A DNA stretch of 64,000 nucleotides from Eledone cirrhosa (taxonomy: Eukaryota): contig OZ024743.1 of NCBI GenBank assembly GCA_964016885.1, forward strand, positions 243,102,001 to 243,166,000. The letters are read 5' to 3'. How positions within the stretch are numbered: the stretch's first letter is position 1; the number at the start of each line of letters is the position of its first letter. The position numbers were made by a program, and so were the translations under genes. Below the pieces are notes generated by a model. It was not told where the DNA came from, searched no databases, and saw only the letters and a program-made list of their open reading frames with translations. This document shows positions 34,404-46,691 of the stretch, in pieces.

Positions 34404-37400
34404 TTAATATTTTCTTTTTTTGTAACTCGTGATAATGCAACATACATCTGACCATGTGAGAAGAATTGTGTTGGTAGATATACACCTATCTGCCATGTGC
34501 CTTGTTGCATGTAAGGGCAAAGGCTGGTTTGACAGGAAATTGCTTGCGAGTAAAGGTGAAAGGGAACTCAAGCTCTTGAGATACATGTGGTATCCTTGAG
34601 ATTAGCAACCTTGTTCCAGCATTGGGACCCAATGCCACTTCAGCTTCAATTACATGATTATGTAAACTGATGATGATGAAGCGTGTACCATTGCAATGCC
34701 TGTTTAGAGGATCCAGATTTCTCACAAGCATGATGCAACTGCCTTTCTTCAGTTTAAGTATGTGTATTGGGAAGCCTGATGGGGGTAAGTTTGTTGATGA
34801 ACTCCATTGGATATTGCAGTTCATTATCTACTGTATCAGAGCTTCTGTAGATTATTTCATGACCAGGGAACTTGTTGACCATGAACTCATTCACCAATCT
34901 TGCTGCATCATTTGTTGGAGTGATAATGGCTCTATTTGCAAGCCATAGTGGGTTTGTGTAGTTTCCTGGAAGATTTGTATACACAAAATCACACAGTCCA
35001 GACATATTACCATATTCCAGACAAAGTTCATTTGGCAGAAGAATTGTGAATGCACCTACGGTTGGAACAGTTGGAATGTTACCATTTCCCACATCAAGAA
35101 GGTAGTTTGCAAACTGCCTTTCATCAGAATCCTCTGTATTAATTATCCATTGATTGGTTGTCATCTCCATGGTTTCCACATAGTCCCAGAGATAGGATCT
35201 CTTGATGGTTTCCTCAACTATTTGTGGTCTAGCACCATGATGTACAACTGGAAGAATTTGCTTCCAGTCACCAGATAGTAATACTGTTAGACCACCAAAT
35301 GGCTTTTTGCAATCTCGAACATCTTTGAAGCTCCTGTCAAGGCATTCAAAGATATGCTTATGTTCCATACCCATCTCATCAATGATTAGTAGGTCAGCTT
35401 GCTGCATAAGTTTACCTGTGTCATCCCTCTTTGTGAAGAAGCAAGTTGATTCAGCAGTCACATTGAGAGGAATCTTGCACTTGGAATGAAGAGTTCTACT
35501 TTTGTGAAGCAAAGTGGCTGCTATTCCAGATATGGCAGTGGCAAGTGCAATTTTTTTTTTTTAGATCAGAAGTAATCCAATAGGAGGTTTATGACATAGG
35601 TCTTTCCTGTACCTGCACTTGCATTCAAGCAGAAAATTCTGTGTTCATTTTCATTTACAAAGGTGATTACTTTGTGAAAAATAACCAGTTGCTCAGGATT
35701 CAATGTTGGCAGAAGTTCATTTATGTTTGCTTGCAGTTGGTGTGTATTGAAATCAGTTTCTGCCATTAGAACACTGATGATTTCTGGTATGGCAACAATA
35801 GTTGGGTCTGGCCGAGGAAGTCCATAATTGGCATGAATGTCCAAGCCATCATGTTGAAGTCTTTGTTGGATTTTTTGTAGAACAATCTGCACAGTTTGCA
35901 TGGACATGACTTGCTCATGACGTTCATGCATGATATCCTCTCCAAGACAATTATTCCATTTCTCTGAGAACTGCAGAGGGTCACTTGGCATGCTGTACAA
36001 TAAAATGGTGCAGAAGATCTCTTGCAGCTGAAGACCAAGCGTAATGGATGAGGCCTCTTCCATAGCTTTGTCTTTTTCTCCATCTTCATCTAACAGACCA
36101 AGTTTTCTGCATGCTTCTTGGAATGTTGGAAATTCAACTCCTTCAATTGTCCTCAAATCTTTGTATGAAGTTGACCTAGCTAGCCTTGTGATGTAGGATC
36201 CTATTCAGATTGATGTCTGCTGAGAGATACTGTTGGAATGCGTCCAAGAGATTCACTCATAAATTGTTGATCATCATCTAGATGTCCCTTTTTTCTTCTT
36301 TGCCACTTTTTGTTTGTCCAAGTGAAATATTTAGGAATATCAATATACAATATGTTTTGTGTCAGTGGGTCTCTAATATTCAGTTGAAAATATTCTGTCA
36401 ACTTAGTCATTGGCTGTCCCCTAGAAACAATACTTTCTTCCTGCCCTCGCTCATACACGACCATTTGTTCCCCAGGTAAATGGCAAGGCAACTTTTCAAC
36501 TGGCGGTTTTCGATGATGTAATGGAAATTTATAGATTCTCTAGAATGCTTCACTGGCTGAGATGTACCGTGCATTGATATAGGTCTCAATCTCATTTTGG
36601 ACATGGACACAATTTCCTTGATCATCCTTAATAGTGAAAGTGATCTTGTCTGATCCTTTTGTGATGTACTTATATAAGTACTTAACAGCCTTGACACTGT
36701 GGACAACCTCACAATTGATGTGGCACTATCTCAATGAGAGGAAAGGGTTATATGGAACAATCCAACGATTATCAACAGTAAATTCTTGACCTTTAAGTTG
36801 GATTGTATGGGTGTGACACCATGCTGTCTATCCCTTCTTCTATACTCCGGAAAGGAATTTTCGGCAACAAATGTGGTTTGTCTGAATGCCTTGGGATAAC
36901 TTTTTGAGCAATGGTGTTGTTTTCCTAGCCCTTCCATACATGAGCACATCATATTAGCTTGTCCACATGGGCCATGAATGTTGCAGGATGTGATGATCTT
37001 ATGCAGAATTGGATTGGTCTCTTTATCAGGAATCTCACAGTACACTATCTGATCAATGGCATCAGCAGTTTTGGGCTTGCTATCTTCAGCCACTATCAGC
37101 AGAATATGAGCATGAGTGAGGCCTCGTTTTCTGCCACTCTATTGTAGCAGAATGAACCACAACTTTTCCTAGGACATTTCTTTTCAATATGTCATCCATG
37201 AGGCTGTCATACTTGATCTTGAAGACTCTTGCACAAATATCAGGACGGTCTCTAGGTTCTTCACCAGGGTGCAAACTATTTTTTATTTCATCCCAGTTAG
37301 GGTTAGTTGTTACCGTGATGAAATAAGATGGCTTTCCCATGTGTCAAACCACAGTCATCGAATTCTGAAAGCACTCACTGAACCATAGATTGAAGGAGGA

Positions 37401-37420
37401 AGAATAATTCTCCGGCCTGC
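34404..37420 (-). pseudogene. Helitron RepHel (HUH Rep + PIF1 helicase), many frameshifts and stops, N-terminus missing
   Basis: FITVTTNPNW, DRPDICARVF, EWQK, HGPCG, HINCEV..KYLYKYITKG, Walker A AGTGKT, LLIIDE, PFGG..GDWKQILPV, RKQFPVKPAFALT. Confidence 0.93.
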
Positions 37421-37744
37421 ACTTGTTTCAGACGTTAGACTGTGCCCATGATGGGGTACCATGCTTAAAGGATTTTCTTGACCTCAATTCCAGTATATAT
37501 ATTTTAAAATCTAGTACTTATTTTATTGATCTCTTCTATTCTCTTTGAAACATGTGTGTGTGTGTCTATGTGTTCATATGTATGATCATACCCTATCGCT
37601 TGCGATGAGGATTCTTCCAGCTAGGTTTCTCAAATGGAACTGCTTGAAATTAAGGTGACATGTATAACGGAGGGTTTCAGGGTGGGACAACATTGGTTCT
37701 TCAACTTACTGGCAGAGTACACTTTTTTTTTACTTCAGTGGAAA

Positions 37745-37812
37745 GAAGAAAGGCGAAATAAAGTGTCTTGCTCAAGAACACAATGCACTGATGGGATTCA
37801 AACTCTCAACAT
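37745..37812 (-). mobile_element. CORE-type SINE fragment
   Basis: Minus strand has B-box-like GAGTTTGAATCCC followed by tgtgttcttgagcaagacactt (CORE-like). Confidence 0.5.
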
Positions 37813-38196
37813 TACAATCACGAGACACACACACGGACATAAATGCACACACATACACAGATACAGTAACACACCTATGCACACACACACAGGCAAACAG
37901 ATACACACACACATATACATATATACACATAAACACTTATGCACACACACAGATACACACATAAACGTGTGTGAGTGAGTCTATGTACATATGCAATGGT
38001 AAAAAGAATATACACCTGTGGAATGAATCATTGGTACTGTAGTAAATTATCCTTTCCTTATTTCCAGATCATCACATACATATACAGCCACATATACAGA
38101 TAACATTATCGTCTATCTTTCTATCTACCTACCTATATATCTACGTATCGATCTATTGACCTATCTATCTACCAGCCAACCTACCTGTCTATCTAC

Positions 38197-38227
<31 letters not shown>

Positions 38228-38394
38228 ACAAATATATCTATTCTAGAGAGTGTGTCCATTAGATGTATAATTGCATTTCAAGAATTACGAAGAATTTGCA
38301 AGTTACTTCATCCGGGGAGGATTAATAATAGCTTCACTAACCTCGGAAGATGATTTGTGTGCGGTATGTATGTGTCTATATATATATATATAAG

Positions 38395-40961
38395 TACATG
38401 TGCAGAACGGACCGGCCTTCGCGCATGCGCACTTCGGACCATCCTTCGCGCATGCGCACTTCGGTCCAGCCTTCGCACATGCACACTTCAGACCAGACTT
38501 CGCGCATGCACAGCACGTACTAGCCTTTGGGCATGCGCCGTACGGACCAGCCTTTTCACATGCGCTTTTCGGACCAGCCTTTGCACATGCGCTTTTCGGA
38601 CCAGCCTTCGCGCATGCACACTTCGGACCAAACCTGGTGCATGCACACTTTGGGTCAGACTTCGCGCAGGCGCACATCGAACCAGATTTCGCACATGCGC
38701 ACTTCAGACCAGATTTCGTGTATGCGCAGTATGTACCAGCCTTCGCACATGTGCAGTACTGACCACATTTCGTGCATGTGCAGTATGGACCAGCCTTCAA
38801 GCATGCACAGTATGGACCAGCCTTCACGCATGCGCACTTCTCACCGGTCTTCGCGCATGCACACTTCAGACCAAACTTGACACATGCGGACTTCGGACCA
38901 GGCTTCGAACTTGCGCACTTCGGACCAGCCTTATCGCATGCTTACTTCCAACCATCCTTCGCGCATGCGCACTTCCGAACAGACTTGGCGCATGTGCACT
39001 TCCAACTAGACTTCGCGCATGCGCACTTCAGACCAGACTTCGCGCACGCGCACTTCGAACCAGACTTCACACTTGCGCTTTTCGGACCAGCCTTCACACA
39101 TGCGCACTCCTGACCAGACTTCGCGCATGCGCAGTTCGGACCAGACTTCGTGCAGGCGCACTTCGTAACAGACTTCGCGCATGCGCACTTCGGACCATAC
39201 TTCGCGCATGCGCACTTCGGACCAGACATCGGGCATGCGCACTTCGGACCAGACTTCGCACATGAGCACTTCAGACCAGACTTTGCGCATGCACCCTTCT
39301 GGCCAGACTTCGCGCATGCACACTTCAGACCAGACTTCGGTCATGCGCGGTTCGGACCAGACTTCGCGCATGCGCACTTCGGACCAGACTTCGGGCATGC
39401 GCCTTTCGGACCAACTTTCGCACGTGCGCAGTACAGACCAGATTTCGGTCATGCGCACTTCGGACCAGACTTCGCACATGCACAGTACAGACCAGACTTC
39501 GCGCATGCGCACTTCGCACCAGACATCGCGCATGCGCACTTCAGACCAGACTTCGGTCATGCGCACTTCGTACCAACATTCGCACATGCGCAGTACGGAC
39601 CAGCCTTCGCGCATGTGCACTTCGGACCAGACATCGCGCATGTGCACTTCGGACTAGAACTCGCGCATGCGCTCTTCGGACATGCGCCTTTCGGACCAGA
39701 CTTCGCGCATGCTCATTTCAGACCAGACTTCGCGCATGCGCATCTCCGACCAGTATTCGCCCATGCGCACTTCGGACAAGCCATCGCGCATGTGCAGTTC
39801 GGACCAGACATCGCGCATGCGCACTTCGGACGAGATTTTACGCATGCGCACTTCAGGCATGCATCTTTCGGACAAGACTTAGCGCATGCGCATTTCAGAC
39901 CCGACTTCGCGCATGCGCACTTCAGACCAGACTTCTCGCATGCGCCCTTCTGACCAGACTTCGCGCATGCGCCTTCTGACAGGACTTCGCGCATGCACAC
40001 ACAAGACCAGACTTCGCGCATGCACTTTCGAACCGGACTCGCGGATGCGCACTTCGTACCAGACTTCGATCATGCGCCTTTCGGACCAGACTTCGTGCAT
40101 GCGCCCTTCTGAGCAGACTTCGCGCATGCACACTTCAGACCAGACTTCGGTCATGCGCACTTCGGACCAGACTTCGATCATGCGCACTTCGGACCAGACT
40201 TCGTGCATGCGCCTTCGGACCAGACTTCGGTCATGCGCCCTTCTGAGCAGACTTTGCGCATGCACACTTCAAACCAGACTTCGGTCATGCTTACTTCGGA
40301 CCAGACTTCGCGCATGCGCAGTACGGACCAGCCTTCACACATGCGCAGTAGGGACCAGACTTCGGGCATGCGCACTTCCGACCAGACTTAGCGCATGCGC
40401 ACTTCGGACCAGCGTTCGCGCATGCGCACTTTGGACCAGACATTGCCATGCGCACTTCGAACCAGACTTCGGTCATGCGCCCTTCGGACCAGACTTCGCG
40501 CATGCGCACTTCGGACCAGACTTCGATCATGCGCATTTCAGCTAGCCTTCGGTCATGCGCACTTCGGACCAGACTTCGTGCATGCACCTTTCGGACCAGA
40601 CTTTGGTCATGCGCCCTTCTGAGCAGACTTCGCGCATGCACACTTCAGACCAGACTTCGGACCAGACTTCGCGCATGCGCAGTACGGACCAGCCTTCACA
40701 CATGCGCAGTACGGACCAGACTTCGGGCATGCGCATTCCGACCAGGCTTAGCGCACTTCGAACCAACTTTCGCGCATGTGCACTTCGGACCAGCGTTCGC
40801 GCATGCACACTTTGGACCAGACATTGCCATGCGCACTTCGAACCAAACTTCGGGCATGCGCCTTTCGGAACAGACTTCGCGCATGCGCACTTCAGACCAG
40901 ACTTCGCGCATGCACCCTTCTTGCCAGCCTTCGCGCATGCGCACTTCGGACCAGACTTCGC
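38395..40961. repeat. GC/CpG-rich 27-bp tandem repeat (~95 units), consensus CTTCGGACCAGACTTCGCGCATGCGCA
   Basis: Periodicity read directly. Flanked by 119-bp direct repeats 38250-38368 and 41002-41120. Confidence 0.95.
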
Positions 40962-41243
40962 TTATATATATGTTTATGTATGAATAGATATATTTGTGTG
41001 TGTGTGTCCGTTAGATGTATCATTGCATTTCATGAATTACGAAGAATTTGCAAGTTACTTTACCCGGGGAGGATTAATAATAGCTTCACTAACTTCGGAA
41101 GACAATTTGTGTGTGGTATGGTGTGTATTTGTGTGTGTATATATATAAATATATATATATATGTGTGTGTGTCTGCATCAGGCATAATTTATATGCTATT
41201 ACATTTATATATATCTAATCAATGGGCGTACAACAGTGCTTAA

Positions 41244-41912
41244 TATAAATTATAATAAAGTAAGAAGCGCGGGACTGCGTACGGTTTATAATTTGTTATC
41301 CCCTTAGTAAAATAAGTTGGATTACTTTGAATAAATAATGAATGAATATTACATAATTTATCTACTAAATTTCGTGGCTGTTCATTAAATATATTTTATT
41401 ACTTATTTAATGATTCCCTTCTTTAAAATTTGTCAATACTTCCGGTTAGTGATCGTTTAAATAAATATTCATAAATAAATATTCATATATTTCTGTCACT
41501 AATTTTCTCCTAATGCAGTTTATATATAATATCGTCTTTTTTTAATGTATCATAGATTACGTTACTGATTACATAAGACAGTGTAACACAGATTTCCTTC
41601 AATTTCTGTGTATATTGTCAATTACCATTTTATTTGATCATATCTACATGCATATATACTTGCGTATAATATCAATATACACACTACACATACTTGCAGA
41701 TATATAAAATCGTCTTTTTTTAATGTATCATGGATTGCGTTACTGATTACAGAAGACAGTGTAACACAGTCTTCGTTCAATTTCTGTATATATTGTCAAT
41801 TACGGTTTTATTTGATGTATCATATCTACATGCATATATACTTGCGTATAATATCAATATACACACTACACATGCTAGCAGAAAACCACCCGAAGTGTGG
41901 TTTTTCTGCTAG
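41244..41912 (+). mobile_element. Non-autonomous Helitron (~670 bp) with a duplicated subterminal segment
   Basis: The 5' 130-200 bp is homologous to the 42507 terminus. The 3' ~200 bp is homologous to the 33885 terminus and ends in hairpin + CTAG|T. 41530-41700 duplicates 41710-41880. Confidence 0.78.
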
Positions 41913-42509
41913 TTATATTAATTGAGTTTTTTTTAAAAAGAATTAATAAATAAATAAAGAGTTAATAAATAAATAAAACGTTATACTTGTTTTACCCTTC
42001 CATTTCCAATTAAACCGAACACTATCATGATTGTATGTGTATATTTGTGTAAATGTATAAGTGTGAATGTATGTATGTTTGTGTGAAAGTATGTGTGAAT
42101 GTATGCATATTTGTGTGAATTTTTATAAGTTTGTGTTTGCGCCATTATAGTTATATACTCATAATAGTTATATACTCATACATATAGATGTATGTGCACA
42201 CTCATACGCGTCAGTGTGTAGAAAATCATAATCTCTCTATCTCTCTCATCACACACTCTCTCTTTCTATATATACGGTAGTTGAAGTGGTGGTGGTGGCG
42301 GCGACGATATACCGGAAGTGTAACTTTGAAAAGAAGTCAATTTTAGATTATATATTTTTACGAAATTATTTGTTTACGAAATTTAGTACATAAATTATGT
42401 AATATTCATTCATTATTTATTCAAAGTAATCCAACTTATTTTACTAACTGGATTAAAAGAAATAAAACGTACGCAGTCCCGCAGCCCTTGCTTTATTATA
42501 GTTTAGATT

Positions 42510-43080
42510 ATTATTACAGGTATTGAGTTATTATGATGGTAATTTCTTGGTATGATTGGACATATTTATTAATTTTCTTTTTATTACTGCTAGCTATGTG
42601 GTTCGCAATGTTAGGTGTGGTAGAATACGAGATTTTAATAGTATTTTTATTAATTAGATTATGGTATTTATGGTTAAGAGGGAAATCTTTTTCTATAATT
42701 AAGAAGAAAGCTTTAGGTATATTAGTAAAAATATTTAAGTTAAATGGTGGATTATTATTTTTATTTTTGTTAGTCTTCATATCATTAAGGTTATTAATTT
42801 CATTATTTTATATAGTTCTAGGTATAGTTTAATTTTTATTTCTGTTGGGATGGTACATTTCACTATTTAATTTTCTGTTACTCTCAGCATTAGATTTCAT
42901 ATCCTCATTATTTTGATGATTTTTAATTATTCATAGCCATATTATGTGAAATAATATTAGGTTGTGTATTGTAATAATTAGAGGAGTTTTAGGTACAAAC
43001 TTAATTTTATTTTTATGGCCAGAATGAGATAAAGCTTCATTGCAATAGTGGGAATTGTTATTTATGTTGTATTTCTGCTC
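42510..43080 (-). mobile_element. Naiad-type PLE remnant (thumb/linker), probably the 5' half of the 30902-33200 remnant
   Basis: NPPFNLNIFTNIPKAFF..FPLNHKYHNLINKNTIKISYSTTPNI is homologous to the 8250 ORF linker. Confidence 0.75.
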
Positions 43081-43453
43081 TGTATTATATCTGATATTTT
43101 ACATTGAGCTACTTATCTTACTGGTAATCAGGTAATATACAATATTACCCTTATCTTATTTATATTTTTATATATAAATATAACTATTACTATATATATA
43201 TTATACTAAAGAAAAAATATTCGAGAATGCTAGAGTAATATTGTAACTATATAATAAAGAAGAAAAATTAGGATTATAAAATTCAAAGGTAAATTATCTA
43301 TGTTTATGTATAATTTAAATTGGTATTATATGAGTGGGAAAATATTTAACAATTGGTATGGCTTTTTTTTTAATATATAACTGATAATGTTATAATGCTA
43401 TGAGATAAATTATTTAGTTCAAAGGAAGAGATGCAATTACCGTGGCCTAATTT

Positions 43454-45039
43454 ATTCTTTCAACAATTATATTTAAGTAGGTATTATACGAATAGAGGAA
43501 AATATAGACTATTGGCGTAACTATTATTATAAGAAAATATATATGTATTATAGCTTAGTTTATCAATATATATTAAATTTAATTGACTTATATACTAACT
43601 AAAGATAAGGTAGATGAAAAAGTTATAATGAAAAAAACATTAGTTTACTTATTTTATCTATTCGTCTTTATTTTCTATTTAAACATAATACAATCGCTTA
43701 AAAATTATATATAAAGAAATATTACTTATTTAATTTTTTTTTTATTAAGTTTAACTAAAAACTCTATGAAACATTTTCACAAAAATGATTACACCCACCC
43801 ATATAAAAATCAGCATACAATAGATATTAACACTAACACATATACAGTTTATAACAATTGTAATAATGCTGATATCCAAAACCTAAGATACGAAGTCAGG
43901 ACAAATCAGATTTCGAATCGATACAACTCCTATAAAACCAATACGTCTTGTAAAAGAGTTAGATCCAGTTCTGTTTTGTGGTATAGTCCACCATTATCAT
44001 TAGGAATCAAGAAGAACTTAGCTTATCTTTTCTTTAATGCTCTTGGTAAATGTTTTCAAAAAACACATAAATATAGTAGAATCTTTAACAGACACACAAT
44101 CAAACATTCCTACTCGACTACTAAAAATATTGCCCAAAATATAGTTAAAATTAACAATAGAAATCTCAGAACTAATCATAGGGAGTAATGATAATCTTGG
44201 AATCACTAATCAAATAAACAACATCTCAATTAGCAACGATTACATCAACAACATAGACAACGAAAACCTAACCACTTATAGACACAGAGTGGCATCATTG
44301 AACAGTGATTCCAAGTAAGTAATTGTAGAAAAAGTAATTTTTGCTCGCTAAATAATAACTGTCTTGATCGTAATTTAGTTTATAAATGCATAGTTAAAAC
44401 AAAAGATAAGTCTTATAATGATATTGGTGCCACCTCTTCAAATGTTAAGGAAAGATGGTATAACCATTAGCACTCGTTTAAAAGATAAGATAAAAGATTT
44501 AGTACGGCCCTCTCTGAATTGATTTGGTCACTTAAAAATAATCATATTGAATATTCCCTTTCTTGTCAGAAACTTTCTAATGCTCTACCTTATAAAAATG
44601 CTTCCGTATCTAAAGGATATGACCTCTGTACCACAGAAATTCTACATATCATTTATAATAGGCTATCAATTATTAATAAATGTGCTGAAATCTTTAGTTC
44701 TTCTCTTCACAGGTTTTCGAAAACGTTTCATAGAGTTTTTCGTTAAACTTAATAAAAAAAATTAAATAAGTAATATTCCTTTATATAATTTTTAAGCGAT
44801 TGTATTATGTTTAAATAGAAAGTAAAGACGAATAGATAAAATAAGTTAACTAATATTTTTGTCATTATAACTTTTTCAGCTACCTTATCTTTAGTTAGTA
44901 TATAAATCAATTAAATTTAATATAAATTGATCAACTAAGCTATAATACATATATCTTTTCTTATAATAATAGTTACACCAATAGTTTATATTTTCCTCTA
45001 TTCGTATAATACCTACTTAAATATAATTGTTGAAAGGAT
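43454..45039 (+). mobile_element. Naiad-type PLE fragment (43766-44746) flanked by ~320-bp inverted repeats
   Basis: WYSPP..HKYSRIFNRHTIKHSYST and a decayed GIY-YIG. 43454-43779 is the inverse of 44719-45039. Confidence 0.8.
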
Positions 45040-45859
45040 GAATTTCCACCCTTGGGCCATAATATTATAATTCCAAAATATTAAAATCCTAAAATTTTAA
45101 AATTCTATAATTTTATAACTTAACCCACAGGTATTGATTCAGAGCTGGCAGCATCAGAGTTTATTTAAGGCTTCATCAATATTTCACATAAGTTAAAAGT
45201 CCATTACAATAAAGTACTCATTCATCATGGTAACAGATTATAAGGATATTTTTTAAAATTTTTAAAAGTTGCAAATATTTTAAAGAATTTTTTGAAGAAC
45301 AGTTTCAAAAAAATAATTTTGAAAAACCATTAAAAAAATAGCTTAAGTATAGCAATGCTAGAAGGATGACTATGTTTGTGAGAGTTAGAGAGAATCTTAC
45401 TGCATTATAATTATAGGGGATTTTACTTTGAAAGATCGTATTTATATGCTTAGACTCATATATAACACAGTATGAACTCCGTCGCATTGAGCTTTTAATC
45501 AACCGGTAAAGGAGTTTAACTACTCGAGTTAATAATATTATTACTACTATTATGTATCATCATCACGTTTTACAACCATTTTTCCACGCTGGCATGGGAT
45601 ATGTGTATATATATAGAGAGTTAGTTTCATAACAAATCAGCAAACCATACTTGAGGATGCACGCTTCACCTAGCAGATTTTCACAACCGAGTGAGGTTGT
45701 GCTGAGAATGAAAGTGTATATGAGTTGATTGGATTTTGCGCAATGGATTGCAACAAGGGATACAACTCAAGTTAGACTGAGGCAAAGGAGATGATTTTCG
45801 TTTGAGTTAGTTCTTTCTGGGTAAGATTTATCTTGGGTCTTTATAGTTTCGTAATATGT

Positions 45860-46270
45860 ACTTCACTGCATGGGGGCAGCGATTAAAAAATTGCCTCATT
45901 TGTTGAGAGAAGTACTATTACATAATCTCTGCAAGATATTAATTCTTTCATCAATATGCAGCCTACAGGACAAATTCTCATTTCCGTATGGTTTGGATTT
46001 CGTCACAACTTTCCATTGAATGGAGTAATCGACGTCTTCATCTTTGAGGGGCCATATGTGGCTTGCTGGCTTTGTGGACGATCGCTTATCAGAGTGTCTA
46101 AAAGTCATCTGATAGAAGCATTCTTTAAACCGGCCCTCCGCTATGCCACATAAGTTTTGATCTCCTGCTTTTGGTTTGGTCGAGTAGATGTAACATGAGC
46201 CTCATAGACTACTGCGGGTATGTTACACTGTTGATGCAGGGGCATGCTTCTTGCCTTCTGCATGAGCCAC
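45860..46270 (-). mobile_element. Old Naiad-type GIY-YIG remnant
   Basis: FRHSDKRSST..HIWPLKDEDVDYSIQWKVV..CRL..ER..LNK. Confidence 0.65.
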
Positions 46271-46299
46271 CATTGTCAAAGTAATGTCCAATATGAACC

Positions 46300-46380
46300 A
46301 AGACCATTTTTGAGCATGTAGACGATTTTGATATTGCATAGAAGCAGTTATTGAAGCTAAAGGTGGCTTTATTGAATAAA
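46300..46380 (+). mobile_element. Tc1/mariner-type transposase C-terminal remnant
   Basis: Translates to ..IEAVIEAKGGFIE*, a typical Tc1/maT C-terminus. Confidence 0.4.
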
Positions 46381-46658
46381 ATTATAAAAAAAGATGATTT
46401 ATTTTTATGCTTATAGCATTTTTCAATAATTAAGTGATTATCTGTAATTACTCAGCTATAGAAATGAGTTGTGACGTCACTTGTATCAAGCTGTATCGGC
46501 CATTTCCTTTCCTTTGGACAACATCAGTGGTGTGGAGAGGGAAGACTGGTATGCATGGGCAACTACTGGTTTTCGGTAAAACTTTCTCAAGCTTGTGCCT
46601 CAGATGGAAACTGTCTAGGTGCAAAATCAGTCTTTAGTAACCAATAGGGGCCCTTAAT

Positions 46659-46689
<31 letters not shown>

Positions 46690-46691
<2 letters not shown>

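Larger units (their letters stand above)
33885..42507 (-). mobile_element. Helitron (~8.6 kb, decayed autonomous type)
   Basis: 5' end A|TCTAAACTATAATAAAG at 42507. 3' end is a hairpin plus CTAG|T at 33885. RepHel remnants lie inside. Pairing the two ends into one element is inferred. Confidence 0.7.

Noticed and set aside
38303-40987. Metallothionein-like (CACAKSGPK) or His-rich (AHAHFGPDF) repeat proteins
   Set aside because: A 27-bp unit keeps frames open by default. The array has stops and frameshifting indels and no unique termini.
41244-42507. MITE with ~130-bp TIRs
   Set aside because: The repeats begin like Helitron 5' ends (TCTAAACTATAATAAAG) and each has a matching CTAG 3' end, so two opposed Helitron ends fit better.
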